A stretch of 64,000 nt of DNA. Source: Eledone cirrhosa. Lineage: Eukaryota. The translations under genes were made by a program, and so were the position numbers. Shown here one piece after another: positions 50,526 to 63,617 of the stretch. Below the pieces are notes generated by a model. It was given only the letters and a program-made list of their open reading frames with translations, was not told the DNA's origin and did no database searches. The stretch is taken from assembly GCA_964016885.1 (NCBI GenBank), contig OZ024740.1, forward strand, positions 210,986,001 to 211,050,000. The letters run 5' to 3'. Position 1 is the stretch's first letter. The number at the start of each line of letters is the position of its first letter.

Positions 50526-51915
50526 TATAATGTCTATTACATAGAACTTAAAATAACTTAAATAACTAAACTTTTAACTTTCACCCTACATCTAAGAATA
50601 TTAAGAAAAGCTCTACTGAATCTATTTGGAAGTGAATGTTATATTGTTTTTATAAGTTAGACAGAAGTAATTATAAGTCTCTGTAGTGTGTAGAAAACTC
50701 TCGAGGAAATTAAAACAGTTCAGGTTAATTATAAATTGAGGCTGATTAGAGAATAGGGAGACATGATGGATGAGAAGGGAGTCACAGATGGAAATAACTC
50801 AAAAGAAAAAAAAATTGAGTAAAGTTTGATTTTTTAAAATAAATTCACTCCTATTCATTAATGTTTAGAAAGTATAATTTTTGCTGCATTCAATGATAGA
50901 ATAACACCACCACCTCTTCCTGGAGTGTCTTTAGCAGAGTTCATATTGTTGCAAAACTGCATATCAGACCCTTGATTTTCTCCCTGTAGATGTTCAGACT
51001 GGGTATTACAGCCTCAGAGACTGTTAGTTACAGTCTTGGAGACTCTGGCAATTACCTTTCCTCTCCTGATTACATTTTCAAAAAATGATCTAAATAAAAA
51101 CCTCAAGTAATAATTTAGATAAAGCATTATTTTTAGTTTAAATTAATCAAGTGTCTGAAATTTTAATATGTTTATATGTTTACAGTTTTGTAACGATATC
51201 TACTTCCAGCTTTTCTTTGGTAATTACAGATAGGTATGGAGTTTTGGAATTCTACTATGTCATGATAATGTGACTTCCAAAGACATAAGCAATATAAGTC
51301 AAAAGAGGAAACTCCAAACTGAGAATGACTGTGTTGCAGAATGACTAATGTGATGTAAGAAGTTACAATATAGGACACATCATAAAGCAAAATATTTTCT
51401 TTAAAATGTTTTCTTATAATTATATTTACTTGAACAAGGTTTCAGAAATTATTTCGTTAATAATATAATTAAACTAAAAGTAGTTTAGTCATTTCAATAC
51501 ATTGCAAATTGGATACATTTTAAAAAGTTGGACTGAAATGTATGATGTCCAATAGGTTCTGCATTTGTTTCTGAAATAGTTTCTGCATTTGTCAATGTGT
51601 TTTTTGAATGAGGATGTTTGTGTGTTGAGATGTTCTTTAATGCCAATGTTGTTTAGCAAAAATAAAAATAGCTCAGTATTTTAATTAAAAATATTGTTCA
51701 GTAAACATGTACCATAAGATCTGCCAATTTTAAATAGTACTGGAATTATAAACATTGTTACTACATTTTAGGATTTATTTTTAATGGATATTAAAATGTA
51801 GTAATATTTCAGTAATGAAATTATTTTTCTGTATCACTGATAAGGTTAGAGAGAAAACTAATTACTACACTGAAATATTATCTAGAAATATAGAAAATGG
51901 TAAAAGATAACAAAC

Positions 51916-52127
51916 CTGTTTTTGATAAACTTGCACCCCTGTAGATGCCAGTCTTAACATTATGAGAACTAGAGAAGCCACCAAAGCTACCAGCTTTTGT
52001 AACTGGCATTCTGGATTTAACTGAGCTATCTGTACCATAGCCACTAGAGGAGTCCGTACTGCTCCAAGGTCTGGAACCAAGATCTTCCTTACTGCCACCT
52101 AAGCTAGCAGGTCGAGACAGCTTTCTC
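51916..52127 (-). CDS. R3HDM1/R3HDM2/ARPP21: R3HDM/ARPP21/encore-family exon with conserved RPWSSTDS / TKAGSFGG motifs
   Basis: Translation RKLSRPASLGGSKEDLGSRPWSSTDSSSGYGTDSSVKSRMPVTKAGSFGGF...LSKT resembles the post-SUZ block of vertebrate R3HDM1/2 and ARPP21 (RPWSSTDS...TKxxSFxG...LSKT). Acceptor tttccag|G, donor ACAG|gtttgt. Confidence 0.9.
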
Positions 52128-54318
52128 CTGGAAATTAGGAACAAACATTACATTGAATTTATTAATAATACTGGTTTCATGGCATATTATAAATATGTAG
52201 CTTATCATCATCATTTAACAGTTATTTCCCTGCTAGCAAGGGTTGGACAGGTCTTCACAAACTAAGTCAGTAGCCAAGAAGGGCGACAGACCTCACAGAT
52301 GGACTAGGAGGCCTAATATTTAAAGATATATCTTCTGACTTCCTGTATTACATAAAACATATTTCTAAATAGTTTCTACTAAATCATTGTAGGATGCTAA
52401 GAAGTCAGATATAACAGAGTTATGTTGTAAATATTGTTTAAATAATGCTGGTTTCACTGCTGCTGCTGCTTCTTCACCCATTTATTCCTGGGAGGGTCGT
52501 GGGGCAGAGTTCTCAAATATGACTTCAAATTGATCTGACTTCATCCCCAAGTGAGACCTGCCAAGCTCAAGGATGTTATCTATCCCTGGGTCTCCTGCTG
52601 GTTGGTTTTGCCCATAAAATCTGTCCAGCGATTCTTTCTTAAAACATTCTAATCACATGCCCATAGTATCGGAGCTGTGATCTCTCAATTCAAAGAAGAA
52701 GCGGCTCTACCTGGAGTGACTCTCTGATCTTTGGCCTACACACTATGTTATTTCAAAGACCCTTCAGAGGAGCTCTATTTCAGCCACTTGTATTTGCGAT
52801 GGTTTCATGGCATATTATAAATATTCATATTTAAGGATTATCATGATCGTCATTGTTTAACAGATATAACTCTTAACTTCTTTCACAGAAAACCACATTT
52901 GCAAAAAATTCTCCAAGATTATTAAGCTGTACTAAGACTCTATACCACATTTAAAAAATTAACATTTTCTGTTTTAGTGCAAATTTTCACAAAAATCTGT
53001 CCATTAGTAAAGATACTATAAACATTTGAATTAACAAACATGTTTTTGAAATACCTTCTACTAAATCATTGCAGTGATATCAAGTGTTAAGTAGGATGTA
53101 ACTAAATTATGTTGTTTTAGAGGATGGTATTTCTAAAACCAGTTATTTTGCCTTCCCTAACTTATGTTTTCTACATCAAAACCAATATCACTATATATCG
53201 GTATCATCACCATCATCATATTGGTATCTAAAGGATTATACATTTCCTTCTCTTATTAACTGGCACTCTGTCGCTTATGACGACGAGGGTTCCAGTTGAT
53301 CCGATCAACAGAACAGCTTGCTTGTGAAATTAATGTGCAAGTGGCTGAGCATCCACAGACATGTGTACCACTAATGTAGTTCTCAGGGAGATTCAGTGTG
53401 ACACAGAATGTGACAAGGCTGACCCTTTGAATTACAGGTACAACTCATTTTTGTCAGCTGAGTGAACTGAAGCAACATGAAATAAAGTGTGTTGCTCAAG
53501 GACACCTTATGATTGTGAGCAGAATACCCTAACCACACACCTTCATTTCCTTCTCTTATAAACTAATTAAAACTTACAACATAAAAACAAAATTTTATAT
53601 TTCCTTTGGAGAAAATCTTTTTCGCCCAAATTCCAGTTATAAAAGTAGATAAAGCTATTAATTTCATCATTTAGTATTATTTACTTGGTAGCTTTCCAGA
53701 CACTAGTTGATGTAAAGCATATTGAATCTCAAAGTTTCCTTCTTAACAGAAACCCAATCTTTTTTTCAGATTCCTTTTACATATTCAACATTCTGAACTT
53801 ATTTCTCTCTGTTGCTAGTATATAATATATAGTTTTGTTTAATGTTTATTTTAGCATTAAAACAATTACAACAATCAATCCTGTATTTATTACCACAAGT
53901 TTAGAAATCACTTATCTAAGATACAATTTACTACTCTCATTTGCCAAAGATTGTTTATTAAAGAAAAAAAAACAACTATTTTTAGTATGCTTCAAATGAA
54001 AATACATATTATAGTAGAACCCCCCCCCCCCCGTATCGCTGGCCATTTTTTACAGGGTGCAGCCCCAACACCACCACACTCTAGGCCCATCACCATTTCC
54101 TTTTCCCTCTCCTTTTCTTCTGTGGCCCTAGAGTCCTTGCTTTTCCCCTCCTTTTCCTCTCATTTATGGCGTTTATAGTTCTTTCCTCTACTTTCCCACA
54201 CAGCCAGATCTGCCGTTCTTTACCCCTTCCCCATTTGTATACAATTGTAAATAGAATCGAAGTTTTTTTTTATGTATGATAGAAAACAATTCTACAGAAA
54301 TAAAAGAAGAGAACTTAC

Positions 54319-54359
54319 ATAATATTTAGCTGTGGATCTTCAATTGATGCTTGAGGAGA
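54319..54359 (-). CDS. R3HDM1/R3HDM2/ARPP21: R3HDM/ARPP21/encore-family gene, 41-nt exon (SPQASIEDPQLNI-M), most 5' exon found in window
   Basis: Minus strand reads tttttgtttattccag|TCTCCT...AATATTAT|gtaagt. Phase 0 start and phase 2 end join exon 52127 in frame (AT|G). Supported only by splice signals and phase; no ORF-track support. Confidence 0.6.
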
Positions 54360-54980
54360 CTGGAATAAACAAAAACAGACAATTAATAAAAGATCACTAA
54401 ATACTAACATTTTATAGTGCCAAGTTGTATCAACCTTTGTCTTTCCCTTGGATGACATTGGTGGCATGGAGAGGGGAGACTGGTATGTATGGGTGACTGT
54501 TAGACTTGTGCGTCAGAGGAGAACTTTCCAGTTGTAAATCCGAAAGGGTGTATTTACCCTACATATGCATGTATATATGTATATATGTGTGTGTATGTAT
54601 ATATATATATATATTTGTGTGTGTGTGCATATATATATATGTGTGTGTGTATGTGTATATATGTGTGTGTGTGTGCGTGTATATATATTTGTATATATAT
54701 ATATATATAAAACAGTTGACTTAAGAAGAGGCACTGTGAATATCTAAAATATGTGTGTCCCAACACAAATGACCAAACTAATAATAATCAATCACTATAA
54801 ATAAGGTAAGAAAATTATGAAAGCAGCCCTGGAGACATAAAATGTGGATAGTCATCTGCTGGATATCTGGTATGTACATTAACCACTATAGTATAGAGCC
54901 CCTGGACACTAATTCTATCTATTTAGAAGATTTTTACATCTGTTGATTTAGAAGCAGTGTGAACATTTGAAATCTGACCC

Positions 54981-57165
54981 TAATAATTGTTTCTACTTTT
55001 GGCACAAGGCCAGCAATTACCCAATGCATTACTGGTACTTTATTCTATCGACTCCGGAAGGATGAAAGGCAAAGTTAACCTCGGCGGGATTTGAACTCAT
55101 AATGGAAAAGGCCGTAACTCTTTGCGTCAAAGCATTGCGTCCGACCCTCTACCGATACTGCCAATAATATTAGTAGATTTCTTCCGTGTAGTTACAAGGT
55201 CCTTTTTGGAGGTGAAATACCAGTAATACATGTCACTAGTTAAACAGGTAGTGTAAGGATGCTAGTTATTGTTCCAAATTCCATAAAAAGAATACATTAA
55301 TACACAAATAACTATAATTGTTTCTACATTTGGCACAAGGCCAGCAATTACCCAGTGTATTACTGGTACTTTATTTTATCGACCCCATAAGGATGAAAGG
55401 CAAAGTTAACCTCGGTGGGATTTGAACTCATAATGGAAAAGGCCATAACTCTTTGCGTCAAAGCATGGCGTCCGACCCTCTACCGATACTGCCAATCCAC
55501 AAATAACTATAATAACAGGAAGAAATGAGTGCTATCGTATGAATATTACAGCCACTGAAAACATGACATATTTTACATGACATTACAACATATATTACAT
55601 GACAACATGCTTTGCAGCACAGTTATGTCCCTTTATGGACTGAGTTCAAATCCCACCGAGGTTAACTTTGCCTTTCATCCTTACGGGATTGATAAAATAA
55701 AGTACCAGTAATGCACTGGGATAATTGCTGGCCTTGTACCAAAAGTAGAAACAATTATATTACATGACATTATATATGGGTGAATTGGCAGTATCGGTAG
55801 AGGGTCAGACCTGCTTTCCAGCATAGTTCTGAGTTCAAATCGTTCTGAGTACGATCTGAGTTCAAATCCCGCCGAGGTCGATAAAATAAAGTACCAGTAA
55901 TGAAGTGGGATAATTGCTGGCCTTGTACCAAAAGTAGATACAATTATATTACATGACATTATATATGGGTGGTTTGGCAGTTTCGGTAGCCGGCCGGACG
56001 CCATGCTTTGCAGCATAGAGTTACGGCCCTTTATGGTCTGAGTTCAAATCCCGCCAAAGTTAACTTTGCCTTTCATCCTTATGGGGGTCGATAAAATAAA
56101 GTACCAGTAATACACTGGGATAATTGCAGGCTTTGTGCCAAAAGTAGAAACAATTATATATATATTACATGACATTATATTAGTGGATTGGCAGTATCGA
56201 TAGAGGGTCGGACGCCATGCTTTGATGCATATAGTTACGGCCCTTTCCAATCTGAGTTCAAATCTCGCCGAGGTAAACTTTGCCTTTCATCCTTACCAGG
56301 TCGATAAAATAAAATACCAGTAATGCATTGGTTAATTGCTGGCCTTGTGCCAAAAGTAGAAACAATTATTTTTTCTAGTTAGAACCTAGTGACAAAAACT
56401 TCTCAATATGTTACAATGTCTGACAATCGTCTAGCATTCCTAACAAATAATCATATAATACAGAATAACGAAAGATTCTAAAAAATAAGGGGAAAAAAAC
56501 ATTTTCAAAATCTTGCACAGACAAACATGCAAACAAATTTTGACTAATTCATGCATATAAACATATATAGAAATAGTTACAGTATATACACATGCATACA
56601 TTCACAAGAATTATACATATATACTCATGTCAGCAGAAGACTTGCTGAAGTTAAATAAGGAGGAGTATTGGGAATATAAGAAAACCATGTTCTTCTTGGG
56701 TGTAGATAATTGTTACAAAATCTTTTATTATTTAAAAATATATTTACAAACGTTTATAACCAATAACAATAAAACCAAGCCCAAAGGGTATAAGTAATCC
56801 CTTAGTAACATGCTATAATAGAGATGAGTCATATTTCACTTTAAACAACCCAAAACATTTACATCTTAACGAGGAATGGGACATCATATATTTCACTCTC
56901 AATATTTTGTACCACTACACAAGGGCGGTCGATTGGCAGTACCAGTAGATCACTGGACAACATACTTTATGGTAATAATTGTTTCTACTTTTGGCACAAA
57001 GCCAGCAATTACCCAGTACATTACTGGTACTTTATTTTATCGACCCCGTAAGGATGAAAGGCAAAGTTAACCTTGGTGGGATTTGATCTCAGACCATAAA
57101 GGGCCGTAACTCTTTGCTGCAAAGCATGGCGTCCAACCCTCTACCGATACTGCCAATCCAATGGT
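54981..57165. mobile_element. Cluster of about 7 tRNA-derived SINEs with Meta-like central domain (- at 54983, 55314, 56973; + at 55607, 55780, 55970, 56182)
   Basis: B box GAGTTCAAATCCC followed by TTTGCCTTTCATCCTTAYGGGGTCGATAAAATAAAGTACCAG, similar to the Meta/Sauria SINE core. Other copies at 18841, 21985, 45345, 46510, 47535, 47790 and 58450. Confidence 0.85.
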
Positions 57166-58594
57166 AATAATAACAATAATTTGGAATTGTTTCTATTATT
57201 TATCAAAACCTATAACTATAGCAGCAGGTTACAAACACACAATCTAACTTCCTGAACAAAAGATTTTCTTCTTTCACAGTAATTTTAATTTTTCTTTTAT
57301 TTTTTTCATTTATTTCATTCAATGATGAGGGAAAATATCAACATTTTTACAATCTCTCTAGGGTGAAGTTAAAGTTATATTAAGCTGGAACTCTTTGGTG
57401 ATTGGAGGGAAAACATTGAAGGAATTCAAGAGGTATGGAATTCTGGTTTAAAATGATTAGACACAGTGTTTAAGTTCAAAAGTCTGCAACAGGAGTGGAG
57501 CTGAACTGGAAATTTCTTTTTGTCTTGTAGGGTCAAAATTAACCGGCAGGAGACCCAGGAGTAGACCCCGAGCAACATGGCTGGATAACATCCATGAGCT
57601 TGGCTGGTCTCACTTGGGGATCCAGCCAGATCAATTGGAGATGTTTGCTTCTGAGAGGACTTGCTGGAAGGAGTGTTTGAGGACCCTGCTCCTAAGACCC
57701 TCTCAGGAATAAGTGGGCAAAGAAGAAGAAGAAAAAGAACAGGTCAAGGTGAATGAAAAAAAAAATGAAACCATGGAAATAGCTTGTTTTTGTTTTAATT
57801 ACTTTAAAGTTTTTCACCAGTGATATAAAAAATATGTAAATACCATAACATGATATAATTACGTTAATAAAAATTTCTTTTGCTAAGCCACAATAGACTG
57901 AGAAAAATCTATAACAGCATGATAGGAGGTCACTATAAAAATGGAACTTTTCTTTTTTATCAATACTGAATTTTATTCTTGGATAACCAAATATAGATAC
58001 GGAAAACAAAGATTTTTGTATGCAATATCACATATCTAATGAAGTCGGCAGGCTGCATGAAATGAAATTGCAGGCTAGATTTGGCACATAGGCCACAGTT
58101 TATCAACTCTTGCTCTATATGATGAGACAGTAGTGATGGAGGACCTTCCTACTGCCAACCACCTTACAGGCTGTACTGGGTACATTTTATCCTGGCACCA
58201 GCACTAAAAAAATTGTGTTATGCACAGCCAGACAAGAAAGTCCTCGCAAATATATATATATATACACATATATACGGTATGGTCCTATAACTCCTTATGA
58301 AGTCATAGCAGGCACCACAGTGGCATACAGTATTTCTTGGGGCATTTTAAAGCCTGGCAAAACCCATCCCTCTTCAGATCTGAACACAGCAGATTTCTTC
58401 CAGTGAAGGATAGAAAGTGAGAGAGAGGAATTAAGAAAGGGACATAGCGGAAGAATTGACCTCAATACTTGACTTATGCTTTTTTTTATCAACCTGGAAT
58501 GAACGAAAAACAAAGTTGACCTCGGCAGGATTTGAACTCAGAGAGCAGAGAGCTGGAATGCCACAAAGCCTTCTAATGACTGCCAATTCACCCC

Positions 58595-58658
<64 letters not shown>

Positions 58659-59226
58659 CATATTCATAATTTAATATTAATTTGATTATAAAACATTTGG
58701 TATCTCATATATCTGTATTTGCATATATCTATAAAAATAACGAAAGTTGAATGCTTATTATTATAATATAAAAAGAAGAAACATTAATACAAATTAATAA
58801 CTGAATACACAAATATCAAAGTTTGATCACGAAAAGATTGATTTATATACTTTTTATATCTATATGTTAGTGGTATATGCCACTAACATATCAAACTACA
58901 AACATAATACTGGAAATATTGTTTTTAGAGGAGATAAACAACAGTTACCATAGCTTTTATAAAGATCTTGATATTATGTTTATGGTGATTGACACAGACA
59001 CACACATAGGTATATGTACATACATGATGGGCTTTCAACAATTTTTGTTTACCAAATCCATAGCCAAGCCAATGGTTAGTGGAAGACTGAACCCCAAACC
59101 ACATGATTCTAAAGCAAACTGCTTAACCACATAACATCATTATTTTTAACATTTGTTTTTCCTTTTCTTCTACAAGCTGACTTCCTGAAACATCAGAAAT
59201 ATAGATATTTCTATAAATGTATTGTT

Positions 59227-59257
<31 letters not shown>

Positions 59258-59259
<2 letters not shown>

Positions 59260-59452
59260 TGACAAGAAGTCATCAGATTTGCAGCTTGATATGAACCTTT
59301 ATTGCATATTACAATTGTTTCGATATTGATCAGGCAATCAGATCCGGACTCTTAATCGACAGTTCTTCAGATATACCCGAGCTGATCGATATCGAAACAG
59401 CTGTAATATGCAATAAAGTTTCATAACAAGCTGCAAACCTGACTTCTTATTG

Positions 59453-59457
<5 letters not shown>
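59258..59457. repeat. Imperfect ~75-bp-arm fold-back between microsatellites
   Basis: GTGACAAGAAGTCA..TTTGCAGCTTG..TTGCATATTACA..GTTTCGATAT pairs with its reverse complement at 59382-59457. Confidence 0.8.
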
Positions 59458-59517
<60 letters not shown>

Positions 59518-59636
59518 TCTCTAAACTACAGTCGCCTTAAACCTGGAGCATAACCCAACAAGAGACGGACCCCGTAACAGCATCGAGTGCTTTGACCAGC
59601 GTCACCGTAAATAACCACAGGTTACTCAAATAATAA

Positions 59637-59698
<62 letters not shown>

Positions 59699-59909
59699 TA
59701 CCTATATATACACATGCACACACACCTATATATACACACACACACACACCTATATATACACACACACACACATGCCTATATATATACGCACACACACACA
59801 CATACCTATATATATATACACACACTCACATATATATACACACACGCACATATACACACACACATATATATACACACATACACACACACACATATATATA
59901 TATATATAT

Positions 59910-60993
59910 GTGTGTGTGTTTAATGGCAGCTATGATGCTTCCATAGGTGGTATGCCAGTTGAGCACTCTATGTTCTTACAGAGCAGAGTGTGATATAATA
60001 TAAAACAAAAAATCAGTGATGCATCTGGACTCAATTTATTGTGTGTTACAATTGTTTCGCCAGCAGACAGCTCGAGACGCGATCATTGTGTGGATCTGCC
60101 TGATTCCAGAACTGCAGGTTCTTCGGACACTGGCAATAATTTCGGAACAAATTTTCTCACTGGGGTGTTAGCTTCAAAAAACATCTTCCTCGTTTGTCCT
60201 GCTGTTGGCTGTTGTTTTTCTACGTCATCATAAACTCTGGTCAATAGTTGCTGCCACACTGTCCATCAGCTACTCTCCGTCCGACACACTTCAATGAATT
60301 CATGTTGGGCTTGGTATTTCACAAGTCGACTCACACACACATACACACATACATATACACACACACATACACATACACACACATATGTATACATACATAT
60401 ATATATACACACACATGTATATATATGTGTGTGTATATGTATATGTATATACATATACACACACTCACATACACACACACACATGCCCACGACCATATAA
60501 CTAACAACATGGGTGTGTATATATACATGTGTGTGTGCGTGTGTGTGTATATGTATGTATGTGTGTGTGTGAGTGGACTTGTGAAATACCAAACCCAACA
60601 TGAATTCATTGAAGTGTGTCGGACGGAGAGTAGCTGATGGACAGTGTGGCAGCAACTATTGATAAGAATTTATGATGACGTAGAAAAACAACAGCCAACA
60701 GCAGGACAAACGAGGAAGATGGTTTTTTGAAGCTAACACCCCAGTGAGAAAATTTGTTCAGAAATTATTGCCAGTGTCAGAAGAACCTGCAGTTCTGGAA
60801 TCAGGTAGATCCACACAATGATCGCGTCTCGAGCTGTCTGCCAGCGAAACAATTGTAGCACACAATAAATTGAGTCCAGATGCATCACTGATTTTTCGTT
60901 TTATATTATATCACACTCTGCTCTGTAAGAACATAATGTGCTCAACTTGCATACCGCCTATGGAAGCATCATAGCTGCCATTAAACACACACA
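59910..60993. repeat. ~1.08-kb inverted repeat: two ~430-bp arms of a PLE-like 3' end/pLTR around a CA/TA microsatellite spacer
   Basis: 59910-60340 is the reverse complement of 60560-60993 with scattered mismatches. The right arm is homologous to 37142-37387. Confidence 0.9.
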
Positions 60994-61000
60994 TATATAC

Positions 61001-62900
61001 TACGCTCCTCCACAAGTAGAGCACTTACAGCGTTTCGCCATGGAAAAATTCAATTACTCTTCCTCCTTAAAAGACATCCCGATCCAGTCTGACAGCACGT
61101 ACATGGGTTTACTGATACACCACACCAACTCTTTCGTTAGACGCATGAGATGGCGCGCATTTCACCACGACAGAAGGAGACAACAACACGCACCTGATAT
61201 CCCCCAGGACCGCCTAAAGTGGATTTTTAGATCTAGACGACACCCACCACATAATGCACAGCTAGAAGAATTTGAGAATTGTATCATCAACAACGTCCGT
61301 AACATCAAGTTCCGTAGGAATAGTAAACGACATACAAAATACCTCAGGAGACTCAACTCCACAATCAAAAGCATGGAAGAATGCCAGGATTTACTTGTTC
61401 CCTCAGACAAAACTGGTAATGTATACATGCTTGCCCGTCTTACATACAACGACTGCATCGGGAAAGAGATTAGGAAAAATTACAGGACCACAGGACAGGA
61501 CAACTTAGATAACATTAACGCCACAACCAAAAAAATAATGACGGGGCTAGGAATAGATGATAGGACCGAATTATATGTACCTAGAAAACCTCGGATATCT
61601 ATTAAGGACCATAAATTAGACTTTAAAACAAAACTACCGGTTAGGTTAATAGCACCCTCCAAATTCGACATAGGTAGGACCAGCAAAAATATCATAGACA
61701 GGATACTACTGGTACTTAGAAACAAAACTAGGCTTAGCTTATGGACCTCCACTAAGTAGGTAATTGACTGGTTCTCGTTAATAGGTAACAAGCAGCAGGT
61801 AAATTTTATTCAATTAGACATAGATAATTACTACGCGTCAGCATCCCCTGTAATAGTGAACAAGGCCCTCATGAGCGCCATGGCCAAGTCCAACCTCACT
61901 AGGGAGGCGGCTAACCTCCTAGCACTAAGACGGTGAATTTCCTGGACGTTACCCTGGAAATGAATACGATCAACCACTCACCTTATCACAAGCCCAACGA
62001 GAACCTGCAGTATGTCAACAGGCAATCGAACCACCCCAGGTCAATCATAGAAGCAATAGTTAAAGGGGTATCAAAACGCGTATCTACCCTGTCGGCCAAC
62101 GCAGACGTGTTTAAACAGCACGCCGAATACTATAATGAGGCACTGCACAGGACCGGTTACACAGATAGCATAGTGTATACCCCAGACAAGGAAGAGCCTA
62201 GCGCCGAGGCATGCAGATACGGCAATAGCGGGGGCACTTCCATAGGTAGAAGAAATGACCCGGCACTAGTCTCTAAGAACACGAGTAGCAACACAGTTCA
62301 CCTTAATAACACAGGACCGACAATAGGACGGAGGAAGGCACACATGGGAGCTAGACCACCCAGTACACATAGGCATGCGCCCGGCACACACACTATATGC
62401 ATCGCGGTAACTGGGACTAGGGACAGGGTAACAAGTACGGCCGTGGTACCCGCTAGAGGGAACACGGTTTAACGCACCATACTCTAGGCATGTACGCACC
62501 AACGTGCCAGGTCTTTTTTTCCAAGCGTTAGTCGAGTGCTTCCCGCCGTCGAACAAATACGACAAGATTTTTAACCGCCACACGGTGAAGTTTTCCTTCT
62601 CCACAGCACCTAACATGGCAGACTACATGGCCAAAACCAACGCGGTAAAGATGGGGAACATCGACCGTAAACCACGGCGACAGAACGACCGTCTATCGGA
62701 GCGTGGAGGACCCTTTGGGTACCAGCCTTCAAATAACCTGGCCCCGAGGCAGCCACCATGCCCGCGGAAGACGATACAATCCAACGCCAGGAGGGACCAA
62801 AATAACCCAAGATGCATACCTGACTCTGCACGGGACCATAGGCAGGAACATCGCCTGAGCTAGGACAGGTTGACCTGGGTTCCACGGTCACTCAGTCAAG
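61001..62900 (+). mobile_element. Decayed Penelope-like element of Naiad type (RT with internal deletion; no GIY-YIG seen)
   Basis: ATG at 61040. Motifs: SLKDIPI..FVRRMRW, VPSDKTGNVY, IKDHK..VRLIAP, FIQLDIDNYY, NFLDVTL..YHKPN..SNHP, KIFNRHTVKFSFS. Stops and frameshifts present; the RT core YxDD region is missing. Confidence 0.85.
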
Positions 62901-63551
62901 TACCTTACACCTATAGGACAACACACCTCAAACACAATGACATACCCCAATATGACTGGGCTACGGGCCCCCATGCATGTGTACCTTTTCAATCATGAAT
63001 ACATACTCTCCACGTACTCCATTTTGGAATACATATTATTTGTTCCGTACACAGACCTAAGTGTGCATCTCATACTCCCCATATGTAATATTTCACACGC
63101 ATACACATACCTTCTCCTTTCTCCTCTCTTTTTCTTATATATCTCTATGTGACATTATATGCATATTTTAATATATTGTATATTTATTTTATTGTTTTTA
63201 TATGTGTGTATATCCGTAGGCGTGTGTGTACGTAGATATATATGTGTGTATATATGTGTGTCATCATCATCATCATCAACATCATCGTTTAACGTCCATT
63301 TTCCACGCTAGCATGATGTGTATATATATATATATATATATATGTTACGTGAATGTGTATGGATGTATTGTATATATATTTTATTGTATATTTATTTTAC
63401 TGTTGCTTTTATATGTGTAAGCGTATGTGTGTATATACGTATATATATATGTGTATATATATATATATAGATATATATATGTATATATGTGTGTGTGTAT
63501 ATATATGGGTGTGTATGTGTGTGTATATATATATATGTGTGTGTATGTGTA

Positions 63552-63617
<66 letters not shown>

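Noticed and set aside
53685-53760. Possible extra host exon between 54319 and 52127
   Set aside because: Donor-like GTAAAT but no convincing acceptor or homology, and it is not needed for frame.
54020-54310. Third Tx1 3' UTR remnant
   Set aside because: Only short similarity (CCCCATTTGTAT..AATAAAAGAA), with no ORF2 remnant or TSD.
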